From an uncultured delta proteobacterium (GTDB lineage: Bacteria > Desulfobacterota > Binatia > DP-6): a stretch of 64,000 bases of DNA. The DNA lies in NCBI GenBank assembly GCA_963815115.1, contig CAWFFN010000005.1, forward strand, positions 896,001 to 960,000, written 5' to 3'. This document shows, piece by piece, positions 9,164-19,919 of this stretch. Numbering within the stretch: position 1 is the stretch's first letter; every line of letters starts with the position of its first letter. The notes below the pieces were generated by a model that searched no databases, was not told the DNA's origin, and was given only the letters and a program-made list of their open reading frames with translations. A program made the translations under genes and the position numbers.

Positions 9164-10480
9164 TCAGCTCGTTGCACGGCCTGCCGGTGTGAGGGGATCG
9201 CGAATGCCGTGTCGCTCCATGCGGCGCCACAGCGTGACGCGCGAGATGCCGAGTGCGGCGGCGGCACGCTGCCGGTTCCAGCGATGGTCGTTCAGCACGC
9301 GGAGGATGCGTGCTCGCTCGTCTGGCCAGAAGCTCCCGTCGAGCATCGGCGCGCGCCGCAGCAGCCCGGCGAGATCGTCTCCTTCGGCGGTGGCCAGGAT
9401 GAGCAGGGACTCGAGCGTGTTCTCGAGCTCGCGCACGTTGCCCGGCCACGAGTGATTGAGGAGCGGGCGCAGCGCGGCCGGCGCCGGCACCGCGAAGCGC
9501 GTGCCGTGGCGACGGTTGAAGGCGGCGACGAAGTGGGAGACCAGCAGCGCGAGGTCGGCGCCGCGCTCGCGCAGCGGTGGGAGATGGATGGTCAGCACGC
9601 GCAGCCGGTAGTACAGGTCGCGCCGGAAGGTCCCCGCCTCCACCATGCGCCAGAGCTCCCGGTTGGAGGCGGCGAGGAGACGGACGTTCACCCGGCGAGC
9701 CGCACTGCCCCCGAGCGGGCGCACCTCGCCGTCCTGGACCACGCGGAGCAGCTTCGCCTGGAGAGGAAGCGGCAGATCCTCGATCTCGTCGAGAAAGAGC
9801 GTGCCCCCGTCGGCGAGTCGCAACGCGCCCGGTCGCGACTCGAGCGCGCCCGTGAAGGCCCCCCGCGCGTGGCCGAAGAACTCGCTCTCCGCCAGCGTCT
9901 CGGGAATCGCCGCGCAGTTGACGGGCACGAAGGCCCGCCCGCTCCGGGGGCCGGCGGTGTGGATTGCCCGCGCCACCACCTCCTTGCCGGTGCCGGTCTC
10001 TCCCTCCAGCAGGACCGGTGCCTCGGTTCGCGCAGCGGTGCGCACGAGCGCCCTCACCCGCTCCATCGCGAGACTGGCGCCGATCAGTCCCGCGAGCGGC
10101 TCGTCGCCGGGGGATGCGACCCGTCGCGGCGGGGCGCAGGCTGCCGCCGCACCGACGCGAGCGCCGATCTCGGGTGCGCCCAGCATCAGGTAGTCGGTCG
10201 CGCCGCCCTTGAGCGCGTCGATCGCCGCTTCGGCCCGATCGTGCTCGCCCACGACCACGACCGGCACCGGCGGCGTGCGGCCGCCGACGGCTGCCATCAC
10301 GCGTCCCAGCTCGGCACGACCCGTGGGGCCGAGCACGATCACGTCGGGACGCTCGACGTCGAGGAGCGACCCTGGATCGCGTACGCTCGCGGACGCGCGC
10401 CGGAGGTCGGCGACGTGAGCCCGCAGCGCCTCGCACAGCGTGGCGGCAGATGGTTCGTCGTCGAGGAGCAGCACCCGCAT
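9164..10480 (-). CDS. sigma54-dependent activator (NtrC-like) with degenerate receiver domain
   Basis: GETGTGKE, VNCAAIP, GAFTGA, LFLDEI, FRRDLYYRL, WPGNVRELEN, C-terminal Fis-type HTH. Confidence 0.9.
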   Translation of the reverse strand: MRVLLLDDEPSAATLCEALRAHVADLRRASASVRDPGSLLDVERPDVIVLGPTGRAELGRVMAAVGGRTPPVPVVVVGEHDRAEAAIDALKGGATDYLMLGAPEIGARVGAAAACAPPRRVASPGDEPLAGLIGASLAMERVRALVRTAARTEAPVLLEGETGTGKEVVARAIHTAGPRSGRAFVPVNCAAIPETLAESEFFGHARGAFTGALESRPGALRLADGGTLFLDEIEDLPLPLQAKLLRVVQDGEVRPLGGSAARRVNVRLLAASNRELWRMVEAGTFRRDLYYRLRVLTIHLPPLRERGADLALLVSHFVAAFNRRHGTRFAVPAPAALRPLLNHSWPGNVRELENTLESLLILATAEGDDLAGLLRRAPMLDGSFWPDERARILRVLNDHRWNRQRAAAALGISRVTLWRRMERHGIRDPLTPAGRATS

Positions 10481-10567
10481 CGGCCGGACGACCTCCCTGA
10501 AAGGGGCACCCGCGACGCTAGTCAAATGCCGCCACGGAGACAACGACTGCGATCGGAATACGCGGGA

Positions 10568-10812
10568 TCGACCCGAGACTGCGTCTCGGGTCGAGAGGGG
10601 AGGCGAGGGTGGGGCGCTCGGTGGCGTGGGCGAGCGCCGTGCCGCGGCCGGCGAAGCCGGCGCGGCAAACGTGGCACGCGTGCCGTTTCAGCTCCGGGCG
10701 TGCTCCGAAACGTCTGCCGCGGCGGCTTCGCCGCCCGCGGCACGACGTCCGCACCGTAGATCGAGCTTCATTCCCGCTCTGCCTCCCGACCCGAGACGGA
10801 GTCTCGGGTCGG
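10568..10812 (-). repeat. Nested palindromic dispersed element, copy A (REPIN/MITE-like)
   Basis: Terminal 12-bp hairpins with GACCCGAGAC-NNN-GTCTCGGGTC cores at 10568-10594 and 10786-10812; inner inverted pair of GTGCCGCG..CGGCGAAGCCG.CGCGGCA.AC hairpins; homologous to 25737-26001. Confidence 0.85.
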
Positions 10813-11313
10813 ACTGATCTCGACCAGGACGACACCGGCGTCGACCATGTCACCCGGCGCGGCGGCCACGACGGCGACGGTGCCCGCGAGCTCGGCGCGC
10901 AACATGGTCTCCATCTTCATCGCCTCGAGCACGACGAGCGCCTGGCCGGCCTCCACCCGGTCTCCCGCGGACACCAGCACACGGATCACCTTGCCAGGCA
11001 TGGGGGCGATCGCCACGCCGGCTCCGCTGCCAGCGGAAGCGCGGCGCGGCGCCTCGCCGAGCGCGAAGGCGTGGGGGCGCCCGTCGAGTGCGACCAGCAC
11101 GCGATCGCCCTGACGGACGACGACGGCGCGCCACGCGCGACCGTCGACGGCGAGCACGAATTCCGTGCCGCCGCCGGGAACCGCGCCGACGGGACGGTGG
11201 GCGAGCTGTCGCACGTGGTGCTCCTGCCCGTCGACCGCGGCCGGAGCGCTCCCGGGAGGATCGGGCAGCTCGACGGTGAGCGTGCGCTCGCCCAGACGGA
11301 GTCGTGTCTCCAT
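10768..11313 (-). CDS. Biotin carboxyl carrier protein (separated C-terminal part of MCC-type alpha subunit)
   Basis: IAPMPGKVI, LEAMKME biotinylation motif; last residues encoded by the repeat element. Confidence 0.88.
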   Translation of the reverse strand: METRLRLGERTLTVELPDPPGSAPAAVDGQEHHVRQLAHRPVGAVPGGGTEFVLAVDGRAWRAVVVRQGDRVLVALDGRPHAFALGEAPRRASAGSGAGVAIAPMPGKVIRVLVSAGDRVEAGQALVVLEAMKMETMLRAELAGTVAVVAAAPGDMVDAGVVLVEISPTRDSVSGREAERE

Positions 11314-11317
11314 GCGC

Positions 11318-12808
11318 TCAGGTCGCGAGCCGCCAGCGTCCGAGGGTTTCCCACGGCGACGGAGCCACTGCGGGGCCGGCCGCGATGGTGGTCGCCCCGG
11401 TCGACGCCCGCAGGCCAAGCGCTGCGGCGACGGCGGCCGCCACGACCTCGGCCTCGTCCTGCCGCCAGCCCGAGAGGTGCTCGTCGACGAAGCCGGTGTG
11501 CGTCGCGCCGGCGAGGAAGGCGGGGTGGGCGGCCACGTCCTGCAGGAAGGCGAGGTTCGTCGCCGGGCCGAGCACCGTCGTCTCGCGCAGCGCCTCCCGC
11601 AGGCGCTCGACCGCGGAGGAGCGCCCCGGTCCCCAGACCGAGATCTTGGCCAGCAGCGAATCGTACTCGACGGGCACGGACATCCCCACGGCGATTCCCG
11701 AGTCGACACGCACACCCGGCCCGGCCGGCTCGCGCAGGGCGAGGATCACGCCGGCGCTGGGCAGGAAGCCTGCGGCCGGATCCTCGGCGCACACCCGCAC
11801 CTCGATCGCGTGACCGCGGGAGGTGACGTCGGATTGTGCAAGCCCCAGGGGCTCGCCGCATGCCACCCGCAGCTGCGCCGCCACCAGGTCGATTCCCGTC
11901 ACCCACTCCGTCACGGGATGCTCGACCTGCAGGCGCGTGTTCATCTCGAGGAAGTAGAAGCGTCCCTCTCCGTCGAGCAGGAACTCCACCGTGCCCGCGC
12001 TCGTGTACTCCACGGCGCGCGCCACCGCGAGCGCGGCCTCGGTGATCTCGGCCCGGAGCCGGGGCGTCATCACCGGGCAGGGTGTCTCCTCCACGATCTT
12101 CTGGTGGCGGCGCTGGATCGAACATTCCCGCTCGCCGAGATGGAGCAGGGTGCCGTGGCCGTCGCCGAGCACCTGCACCTCGACGTGGCGCGGTCGCTCG
12201 AGGAGCTTCTCGAGATAGACGCGCGGGTCGCCGAACGCGGAGTCCGCCTCACGGGCGGCGGTTTGCAGCGACTCCTCCAGCTCGTTCGCGTTCGCCGCCG
12301 CACGCATGCCCTTGCCGCCGCCACCGGCAGCGGCCTTGACGAGCACCGGATAGCCGAGGCTCGCCGCGCGTCGGGAGGCCTCGCCGACGTCGCCTGCAGC
12401 CACCTCGGCGCCCGGCACGAGGGGCACGCCCGCCCGCGCGACCATGGCGCGTGCGGTGAGCTTGTCGCCCATGGCCGCGATGGCCTCCGGCGACGGGCCG
12501 ATCCAGGTGAGGCCCGCATCGACGACGGCGCGCGCGAAGGCGGCATTCTCGGCGAGGAAGCCGTAGCCGGGATGCACGGCGTCGGCGTTCGACAGAGCGG
12601 CCGCTTCGAGCAGCGCATCGATCCGGAGATACGACTCGCGGGCCGGGGGCGGCCCGATGGCGACGGCGCCGTCGGCCGCGAGCACGTGCGGCGCCCGTCG
12701 GTCGGCGTCGGAATGCACCGCGACCACGGCGAGGCCCTGCGCGTGACAGGCGCGGGCGATGCGGATGGCGATCTCGCCCCGATTGGCGATCAGCACTCGC
12801 CGCATCAT
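11318..12808 (-). CDS. Biotin carboxylase subunit (3-methylcrotonyl-CoA carboxylase type)
   Basis: VLIANRGEIA, HPGYGFLAEN, GGGGKGMR, ERECSIQRRHQK, EMNTRLQVEHPVTE. Confidence 0.92.
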   Translation of the reverse strand: MMRRVLIANRGEIAIRIARACHAQGLAVVAVHSDADRRAPHVLAADGAVAIGPPPARESYLRIDALLEAAALSNADAVHPGYGFLAENAAFARAVVDAGLTWIGPSPEAIAAMGDKLTARAMVARAGVPLVPGAEVAAGDVGEASRRAASLGYPVLVKAAAGGGGKGMRAAANANELEESLQTAAREADSAFGDPRVYLEKLLERPRHVEVQVLGDGHGTLLHLGERECSIQRRHQKIVEETPCPVMTPRLRAEITEAALAVARAVEYTSAGTVEFLLDGEGRFYFLEMNTRLQVEHPVTEWVTGIDLVAAQLRVACGEPLGLAQSDVTSRGHAIEVRVCAEDPAAGFLPSAGVILALREPAGPGVRVDSGIAVGMSVPVEYDSLLAKISVWGPGRSSAVERLREALRETTVLGPATNLAFLQDVAAHPAFLAGATHTGFVDEHLSGWRQDEAEVVAAAVAAALGLRASTGATTIAAGPAVAPSPWETLGRWRLAT

Positions 12809-14409
12809 CACATGCGGAAGACGCCCCACGTGGTTCGTGGCACCGGCGCATGCAGGGCGGCCGCGAGGGCGAGTCCGAGCGCGTCACGGGTCTCCAGCGG
12901 ATCGAGGATGCCGTCGTCCCAGAGCCGCGCGGTGGCGTAGTACGGGCTGCCCTCGGTCTCGTACTTGGCCCGGATCGGGGCCGCCAGCTCCTCCGCCTCC
13001 GCGGCCTCGAGCGTCTCGCCCCGCGCCTCGAGCTGCTGGCGCTTGACGGTGAGCAGCGTCTGGGCGGCCTGCTCGCCTCCCATGACGGAGATGCGGCTGT
13101 TGGGCCAGGTGAAGAGGAGGCGCGGGGAGTAGGCGCGCCCGCACATGCCGTAGTTGCCGGCGCCGTGCGAGGCGCCGATCAGCACGGTCAGCTTCGGTAC
13201 CGCGGCGTTGGCGACGGCGTGCACCATCTTGGCCCCGTCCTTCGCGATGCCGCCTTGCTCGTAGCGCTTGCCGACGATGAAGCCGGTGATGTTCTGCAGG
13301 AAGAGCAGCGGCACGCGGCGGGCGCACGCCAGCTCGATGAAGTGCGTCCCCTTGAGCGCCGACTCGGAGAACAGAACGCCCTGATTCGCGAGGATGCCGA
13401 CCGGACAGCCGTGCAGGTGTGCGAACCCCGTGACCAGCGTCGGACCGTAGCGCGGCTTGAACTCGTGGAAGCGACTGCCGTCGACCAGCCGTGCGATGAC
13501 CTCGCGGACGTCCGTCATGTGCCGGGGATCGCGCGCGACGATGCCGTGGAGCTCCGCGGGGTCGTATGCCGGCGGCTCCGGCGCCTCGCGCGCCAGCGCG
13601 GGCGGGGGCGGAGCGGGCACGGCGGCCATGATCTCGCGCGCCAGGCGGAGCGCGTCGGCGTCGTCCTGCGCCAGGTGATCGGCCACCCCGGACAGGCGGG
13701 TGTGGACGTCGCCGCCGCCGAGCTCCTCGGCCGTGACGTCCTCCCCGGTGGCCGCCTTCACGAGCGGCGGGCCGGCGAGGAAGATCGTGCCCTGGTTGCC
13801 GACGATCACCGCCTCGTCGCACATGGCCGGCACGTACGCGCCGCCCGCCGTGCACGAGCCGAGGACGACGGCGACCTGCGGGATGCCGGCCGCCGACATG
13901 CGGGCCTGGTTGTAGAAGATGCGGCCGAAGTGATCCCGGTCCGGGAACACGTCCGCCTGCAGCGGCAGGAACGCGCCGCCGGAGTCGACCAGGTAGACGC
14001 AGGGGAGGCGGTTCTCGAGCGCGATCTCCTGGGCGCGGAGATGCTTCTTCACCGTGAGCGGATAGTAGGTGCCGCCCTTCACCGTGGCGTCGTTGGCGAC
14101 CACCACCGCCTGCTGGCGTGCGATGGTGCCGATCCCGGTCACCAGGCCGGCGCCCGGGGCGTCGTCGTAGCAGCCGTACGCGGCGAGCGGCGACAGCTCG
14201 AGGAACGGCGTGCCCGGGTCGAGCAGGCGTTCGACCCGCTCGCGAGCGAGCAGCTTGCCACGGGCGGTATGCCGGGCGCGGGCCTCGTCGGAGCCGCCCT
14301 GCGCGGCGCGCTGGCGCGCCGCGCGCAGCTCGGCCACCAGCCGTGCCATGTGCTCGGCGTTGGCGCGGAACTCCGGATCGCTCGGGCGGACGCGCGTCTC
14401 GAGCCGCAT
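12808..14409 (-). CDS. liuB: 3-methylcrotonyl-CoA carboxylase beta subunit
   Basis: [53 protein letters not shown], ends GVFRM. Confidence 0.9.
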   Translation of the reverse strand: MRLETRVRPSDPEFRANAEHMARLVAELRAARQRAAQGGSDEARARHTARGKLLARERVERLLDPGTPFLELSPLAAYGCYDDAPGAGLVTGIGTIARQQAVVVANDATVKGGTYYPLTVKKHLRAQEIALENRLPCVYLVDSGGAFLPLQADVFPDRDHFGRIFYNQARMSAAGIPQVAVVLGSCTAGGAYVPAMCDEAVIVGNQGTIFLAGPPLVKAATGEDVTAEELGGGDVHTRLSGVADHLAQDDADALRLAREIMAAVPAPPPPALAREAPEPPAYDPAELHGIVARDPRHMTDVREVIARLVDGSRFHEFKPRYGPTLVTGFAHLHGCPVGILANQGVLFSESALKGTHFIELACARRVPLLFLQNITGFIVGKRYEQGGIAKDGAKMVHAVANAAVPKLTVLIGASHGAGNYGMCGRAYSPRLLFTWPNSRISVMGGEQAAQTLLTVKRQQLEARGETLEAAEAEELAAPIRAKYETEGSPYYATARLWDDGILDPLETRDALGLALAAALHAPVPRTTWGVFRM

Positions 14410-14411
14410 CC

Positions 14412-15308
14412 TCACCAGAAGAGCGAGCGTCGGGCGGCGAGGCCGTCGGCGAGCATGCCGGCGATGCGCCCCTTCACCTGATCGACCTTCTCGGCGATGA
14501 CCTCGTCCTCGTCGTTGGGATTGCCCTCGAAGCGCATCGGCTCGCCGAAGTGGATGTGGTACTTCACGGGAAGCGGGATGAGGCCCAGCGGGCCCAGCCA
14601 GGGCCAGGTGAGGGTCACCGGGAAGGCGGGCATGCCGAGCAGCCGTCCCAGCCCGCGCAGGTTGGCGATGGCAATGGTCTGCTCCTCCGAGCCGACGACC
14701 GCGACCGGCACGATCGGGCTGTGCGTCTCGAGCGCGAGCCGCATGAATCCGTAGCCGAAGTCCTGCAGCTGGTAGCGCTCCCAGAAGAGCTTGTTCATGC
14801 CCCGCACGCCCTCGGGGAAGGCGATGACGCACTCGTCGGCCTCGAGCAGGTCGACGCAGTTCTTGCGGGTGCCGACGACCGACCCCGTGCGCACCATCGC
14901 GATGTTGACCCACGGGACCGTCGGCAGCCAGTACTCGCCCATGCCGCGGATGATGCGCGGCGGCTCCGCCTCGAGCACCATCGCCGTGCCGATCATCGAA
15001 GCGTCGATGGCGACCTGCCCGGCATGGTTGCCAATGAGCAGCATGCGCCCCTGCGGGAGGCGGTCGATGCCATGCGTCTCGACGCGGAACCAGTAGCGGT
15101 AGAGGAGGGCGCTCATGACGAGCCCACGCCTCGCGGCGACGGGGCTGAAGCCGAACGCGTCGTAGCCGTAGGCGTTCAGGTGGGTCGGGATGCGGCGCAG
15201 GCGGGAGTCGATCTCGTCCTCGATCTCGGCGAGCGACTCCTCGGCGACCTTCGACGTTCCCGGGAACAGCCCGGCGACCGTCTGGAGCAGTGACTCAGCG
15301 ACGGACAC
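14412..15308 (-). CDS. Lysophospholipid/glycerol acyltransferase family protein
   Basis: [13 protein letters not shown] (HxxxxD-like), [19 protein letters not shown]; GTG start estimated. Confidence 0.85.
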   Translation of the reverse strand: MSVAESLLQTVAGLFPGTSKVAEESLAEIEDEIDSRLRRIPTHLNAYGYDAFGFSPVAARRGLVMSALLYRYWFRVETHGIDRLPQGRMLLIGNHAGQVAIDASMIGTAMVLEAEPPRIIRGMGEYWLPTVPWVNIAMVRTGSVVGTRKNCVDLLEADECVIAFPEGVRGMNKLFWERYQLQDFGYGFMRLALETHSPIVPVAVVGSEEQTIAIANLRGLGRLLGMPAFPVTLTWPWLGPLGLIPLPVKYHIHFGEPMRFEGNPNDEDEVIAEKVDQVKGRIAGMLADGLAARRSLFW

Positions 15309-16326
15309 TGGCGAAGGTGTCCTCGAGCGAGTGTCGCGGCGTGAAGCCGGTGGCGTTGCGGAATCGCCGGCCGTCGAGCGTGCAGGGATACTTGACGAAG
15401 TCGAACGCGCCGGGCGGCACGTGGTAGAGGCCGAGATTGAAGAGCTGCCCGAAGACCAGTCTGGCCAGGGGCTCGGGGATCGGGAGCGCGACGCCGCCGG
15501 TCTGCTCGACCGCCACCGAGAGCGGTACCGCGCCCGGTCCCACCACGTTGAACACGCCGTGCGTCCCGCTCTGGAGCGCGAGGGCGACCGCATCCGCGAC
15601 GTCCTCCTCGTGGATGAACTGCATCATGGGGTCGAAGCCCATGATGGTGGGGACGTAGCGCTGGCGGAGGTACTGCGCCATCGAGCCCGAGACGTGAGGT
15701 CCCAGGATGCTCACCGGACGGAGGATGGTGGTGGCGATCTCCGGATGCCGCCACAGGAACGCCGTGCACAGCGTGTCCACCTCGGCGAGGTCGCGAATCT
15801 CGGGATAGGTGCGGCTGACGTTCAGGGGATACTCTTCGTCGACGTAGTACGGGTTGTCGGGGAGCGCGCCGTACACGTAGCTGCTCGAGATCACGACGAT
15901 GCGCTTCACCCCGTGCGCGACGCAGTACTCGAGGAGCATCTTCGTCCCGAGGACGTTCACCTCGTGCCGCACGCGCGGCTCGACGCGGAAGTGCCGGATG
16001 AGAGCGTGGTGCACGATGGCGTCGGGCCGCTCGGTGCGGAAGATGTCCTCCATCTTGCGCTTGCGGAGATCGAGGACGTGCACGCTGATCTCCGGGGGAT
16101 GGTCGTCCCACGGTGTCCGATCGACGCCGGTGAGGGCGAAGGTGCCGCCGAGCCGCCTGGCGATGAGCTGCCCCTGCCCGCCGGCGATGCCGGTGATGAG
16201 GATCTTCTCTCCCGGCCGGGCGCCGGCCTGGGGGGCGGCCGCGGCGGAGGCGGCGGCCGTCGCCTCGGGAGTCGGGGTGCCGCGGGCGGCGCGCCGCCCC
16301 GGCCCATCGATCGAGCCACGCGCCAT
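15295..16326 (-). CDS. NAD-dependent epimerase/dehydratase family protein
   Basis: ILITGIAGGQG, VNVLGT, SSSYVYGA, GFDPMMQFIHEEDV. Confidence 0.85.
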   Translation of the reverse strand: MARGSIDGPGRRAARGTPTPEATAAASAAAAPQAGARPGEKILITGIAGGQGQLIARRLGGTFALTGVDRTPWDDHPPEISVHVLDLRKRKMEDIFRTERPDAIVHHALIRHFRVEPRVRHEVNVLGTKMLLEYCVAHGVKRIVVISSSYVYGALPDNPYYVDEEYPLNVSRTYPEIRDLAEVDTLCTAFLWRHPEIATTILRPVSILGPHVSGSMAQYLRQRYVPTIMGFDPMMQFIHEEDVADAVALALQSGTHGVFNVVGPGAVPLSVAVEQTGGVALPIPEPLARLVFGQLFNLGLYHVPPGAFDFVKYPCTLDGRRFRNATGFTPRHSLEDTFASVRR

Positions 16327-16407
16327 GTCGCTGGCCGGGTTACGCCGGGGCGGCGCCCGCGGTCAAGCCGTCGTCGAGCGGAGGGCGCCCGGGAGCCGCC
16401 CCGGCCC

Positions 16408-17364
16408 CTACTGCTGCTGCTGGGGGAGTGCGTCGGGCGGTGGCTCGGGCTCCGCGCTGGCCACGTTCTCGCGCACGTGCTCGCAGCCGTCGTCGTCGAC
16501 GGCGGGCCGCACGCGGACGTCGACCGAGAGCCGCTGACCCGCGTGGCCGCGATAGACGCCGCGCACCGGAGCCACGTCGCCGTAGTCCCGGCCGTACGCC
16601 ACCCGGATGTGGCCGGCCGACACCGGCACGCCGAGCGTCGGATCGAGGCCGAGCCAGCCGATGTCGGGAACGAAGACCTCGGCCCAGGCGTGCGAGGCCT
16701 GACCGCCGATGACCTCCTCGAGGCTCGCGGCCGCGGGGTTGCGCGGCACGAGGTAGCCGGAGACGTAGCGCGCCGGAAGCCCGCGGCTGCGCGCCAGGGC
16801 GATGAGGAGGTGGGCAAAATCCTGGCACACGCCCGCGCCGGCGTTGAGGACGTCGTGCACCGAGGAATGGACGTGCGTGGAGCCCTTCTCGTAGCGGAAG
16901 TTGTCGTGCACGACGGTGGTGGCGGCGCGGACGAACCCCAGGGCGCTCCCGCCGCTCGCCTCCTCGACCGCGCGCAGGAGCGGCGCGATTCCTTCCGGGT
17001 TCGGCACGTAGGTGGACGGCACCAGGAAGTCGTAGTGCGCGTCCAGCAGTGCTTCTCGCTCGCGGTCGACCGCGGCCAGCGCGATGCCCCGGTCGAGCGC
17101 GGGTGCCGGCTCCTGCACCATCACGGTCGACTCCGCCTCGACCCGCAACCGGCGGTGCTTCTGGACGATGTTGAAGCGGTGGACCCAGTTGCCGAAGTAG
17201 TCGCGTGACGTCGAGGGCGCCGTCGCCGGGGTGGTGCGAAGCCGAAAGCCGATGCAGTGCTGGGCCTCGTCGTCATGCGGCTGGAGGTGGAGCTCGTTGT
17301 AGCTCTCGGAGACCGGGCCGTCGTACTCGAACTGGGTGACGTGATGCAGACGAACGCGGTTCAT
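16408..17364 (-). CDS. Transglutaminase family protein
   Basis: HVTQFEY N-domain, GVCQDFAH, ARYVSGY, SHAWAE, GRDYGDVAPVRG. Confidence 0.9.
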   Translation of the reverse strand: MNRVRLHHVTQFEYDGPVSESYNELHLQPHDDEAQHCIGFRLRTTPATAPSTSRDYFGNWVHRFNIVQKHRRLRVEAESTVMVQEPAPALDRGIALAAVDREREALLDAHYDFLVPSTYVPNPEGIAPLLRAVEEASGGSALGFVRAATTVVHDNFRYEKGSTHVHSSVHDVLNAGAGVCQDFAHLLIALARSRGLPARYVSGYLVPRNPAAASLEEVIGGQASHAWAEVFVPDIGWLGLDPTLGVPVSAGHIRVAYGRDYGDVAPVRGVYRGHAGQRLSVDVRVRPAVDDDGCEHVRENVASAEPEPPPDALPQQQQ

Positions 17365-18317
17365 GTGCCGACCTCGTAGTAGAAATAGGTGCGCGCCACG
17401 TGCTCGCCGATGGCGCGGCAGGTGCGCTCCACCTCGGCGAGGAATGCGTGCAGCCCGCGGCCGACGATGTCCTCGATGCGGTCGTACTTGAGACCGTCGT
17501 ACAGCCGTCCCGTCAGGCGCTCGGCCTCGTTCGCATAGGCATCGGGTCCCGAGCCGCTGAGCGCGCGCAGCGCCGTCTGCAGCACGCCGATGCTGAAGCG
17601 CAGCGAGCGGGGGTGCTGGGGATGGAGCAGGAGGAGCTCGGCGACGCGCTCGGGCTCGATGCGGGTGTTGTAGGTGCGGCGGTAGAACTCGTACGCCGCG
17701 ACCGACTTGAGCACCGCCATCCACTGGTGGTTGTCCGGGTCGCTCATGCCGGGCAGGCCCTCGACGAGCGTGTGGTACTGCACGTCGACGATGCGAGCCG
17801 TCATCTCGGCCCGCTCGAGCACCTGACCGCCGTTCAGGAAGTGCCAGCCCTCGTCGCGCGGGAAGGTGGCGCGGCTGACGCCCATGAAGCGATGGCTTCC
17901 CGACTTGACCAGGTCACAGAAGGCGTGCGGGCCGGAGGCGAGCACGTCGTCGACGCGGAACCGGGTCACCTCGAGGTACAGGCTGTTCAGGTCCTCCCAC
18001 ATCTCGCGCGAGATGCGGTCGCGGATGGTGCGCGCGTTCTCCCGCGCCTTGGACACGCATTCCACGATCGAGTCCGGGTTGTCCGGGCTGAAGCCCAGGA
18101 ACTCGAACACCGAGCGCGGCGCCGCCTCGTCGTACTGCGCGAAGAAGCGCTCATGCGCTCCGCTGATGATGACGAGCGGCTCCCAGCGCAGGCGATAGGG
18201 CTGATGCGCGCCCTCGAGCATCATGTAGTAGTTGACGTCGAGGATGCGGGCGGTGTCCTCCGCCCGCTCCATGTAGCGGGCCATCCAGAAGAGCGAATCG
18301 GCGATCCGGGAGAGCAT
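17361..18317 (-). CDS. Alpha-E domain protein
   Basis: [51 protein letters not shown]. Confidence 0.9.
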   Translation of the reverse strand: MLSRIADSLFWMARYMERAEDTARILDVNYYMMLEGAHQPYRLRWEPLVIISGAHERFFAQYDEAAPRSVFEFLGFSPDNPDSIVECVSKARENARTIRDRISREMWEDLNSLYLEVTRFRVDDVLASGPHAFCDLVKSGSHRFMGVSRATFPRDEGWHFLNGGQVLERAEMTARIVDVQYHTLVEGLPGMSDPDNHQWMAVLKSVAAYEFYRRTYNTRIEPERVAELLLLHPQHPRSLRFSIGVLQTALRALSGSGPDAYANEAERLTGRLYDGLKYDRIEDIVGRGLHAFLAEVERTCRAIGEHVARTYFYYEVGT

Positions 18318-19774
18318 CAGTCCTCGCCCTGCAGGATCCAGGTGTCCTTGCTGCCGCCGCCCTGCGAGGAGTTGACCACCATCGACCCGTCGCGCAGCGC
18401 CACGCGCGTGAGACCGCCGGGTACGATGGTGACCCGGTCGCCGTCGTACAGGCAGTAGGGCCGGAGATCGACGTGCCGGCCGACGAGGCGGCGGCCGTCG
18501 GCATCCCAGCAGGGAACGCGCGACAGCCCGACCAGCGGCTGCGCGATGTAGTTGCGAGGGTCGGCGCGCAGGCGGTCGCGGAAGGCCGCCAGCGTGGCAC
18601 GGTCGGCCATCGGCCCCATCAGCAGGCCGTAGCCGCCCGATTCGCCCACCGGCTTCACGACCAGCTCGTGCAGGTGCTCGAGCACGTAGCCGAGATCCTC
18701 GGCGCGGTGGCACAGGTAGGTGTCGACGTTGCGCAGGATCGGTTCCTCACCGAGGTAGTAGCGGATGAAGGTGGGCACGTAGGCGTACACCGCCTTGTCG
18801 TCGGCGACGCCGTTGCCGACCGCGTTCACCAGCGCGACGTTGCGTGCCCGGTAGGCGCCGATGAGTCCGGGAACGCCGAGGATCGAGTCGGGCCGGAAGG
18901 CGAGAGGGTCCAGGAAGTCGTCGTCGATGCGGCGATAGATCACGTCGACGCGCCGCAGGCCCCGGATCGTCTTCATGAACACCACGTCGCCGTCGACCAC
19001 GAGATCGCGGCCCTCGACCAGCTCGATGCCCATCTGCTGGGCGAGGAAGCTGTGCTCGAAGTAGGCGCTGTTGTAGATGCCCGGCGTCAGCAGCACGATG
19101 CTGGGACGGTCGCCGCCGCGCGGCGCGACGCTGCGCAGGATCTGCAGCAGCTCCGTCGGGTAGTGGTCGACGGGACGCACCTCGTACTCCTGGAACAGCA
19201 TGGGGAAGGTGCGCGTCATCACGAGCCGGTTCTCGATCACGTAGGAGACGCCGCTGGGCGTGCGGACGTTGTCCTCGAGGACGACGAACTCCCCGTTCCG
19301 GGAGTCGCGCACGAGGTCGATGCCGGCGATGTGCACGTGAATGCCGCGCGGCGCTTCGATCCCGACGACCTCGCGGCGAAACTGCGCGCACGACAGCACC
19401 AGGGCGCGCGGGATCTTGCCGTCGCGCAGGATGCGTTGCGCTCCGTAGACGTCCTGCAGGAACAGGTTCAGCGCGACGACGCGCTGGGCGAGGCCGCGCT
19501 CGACACGGTCCCATTCCGAGCGCGGCAGGATGCGCGGCACGAGGTCGAAGGGGAAGAGGCGTTCCGTCCCGCGCCCGTCGCTGTAGACCGCGAAGGTGAT
19601 GCCCTGGAGGAGGAACGAGAGATCGGCCAGTCGGCGGCGCTCGTCGAGCTCCTCGCGGCCCATGGTTCTGAGCCGAGCATGGATCTTGCGATAGTGCGCA
19701 CGCGGTGCGCCGGAGTCCTCGAACATCTCGTCGAAGAACCCCCCGGGATCGTATCCGTTCAACAACGAGGCCAC
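18317..19774 (-). CDS. Circularly permuted type 2 ATP-grasp protein
   Basis: [57 protein letters not shown]; start estimated. Confidence 0.92.
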   Translation of the reverse strand: MASLLNGYDPGGFFDEMFEDSGAPRAHYRKIHARLRTMGREELDERRRLADLSFLLQGITFAVYSDGRGTERLFPFDLVPRILPRSEWDRVERGLAQRVVALNLFLQDVYGAQRILRDGKIPRALVLSCAQFRREVVGIEAPRGIHVHIAGIDLVRDSRNGEFVVLEDNVRTPSGVSYVIENRLVMTRTFPMLFQEYEVRPVDHYPTELLQILRSVAPRGGDRPSIVLLTPGIYNSAYFEHSFLAQQMGIELVEGRDLVVDGDVVFMKTIRGLRRVDVIYRRIDDDFLDPLAFRPDSILGVPGLIGAYRARNVALVNAVGNGVADDKAVYAYVPTFIRYYLGEEPILRNVDTYLCHRAEDLGYVLEHLHELVVKPVGESGGYGLLMGPMADRATLAAFRDRLRADPRNYIAQPLVGLSRVPCWDADGRRLVGRHVDLRPYCLYDGDRVTIVPGGLTRVALRDGSMVVNSSQGGGSKDTWILQGED

Positions 19775-19919
19775 AGTCACCTGCGAGATGGCCGAGCAAC
19801 CCGCGTGCCGCGAGTATCGGCTCACATTGCCCAAAAGACCGGCGATCTGTCCCGGACCGGGCCTGTTTGGCGGGCGGGGCGCTGCCCAACCGGCAGGCAG
19901 CCCTCGATTCGCGGGATAT

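Noticed and set aside
6319-9267. Long antisense or alternate-frame ORFs (also 22981-25959, 27229-30177, 35741-38650, 59411-61987)
   Set aside because: Shadow ORFs typical of high-GC DNA, overlapping well-supported genes and lacking motifs
10568-10812. CRISPR array or IS ends
   Set aside because: Repeats are inverted and nested, not direct repeats with spacers; no cas or transposase gene
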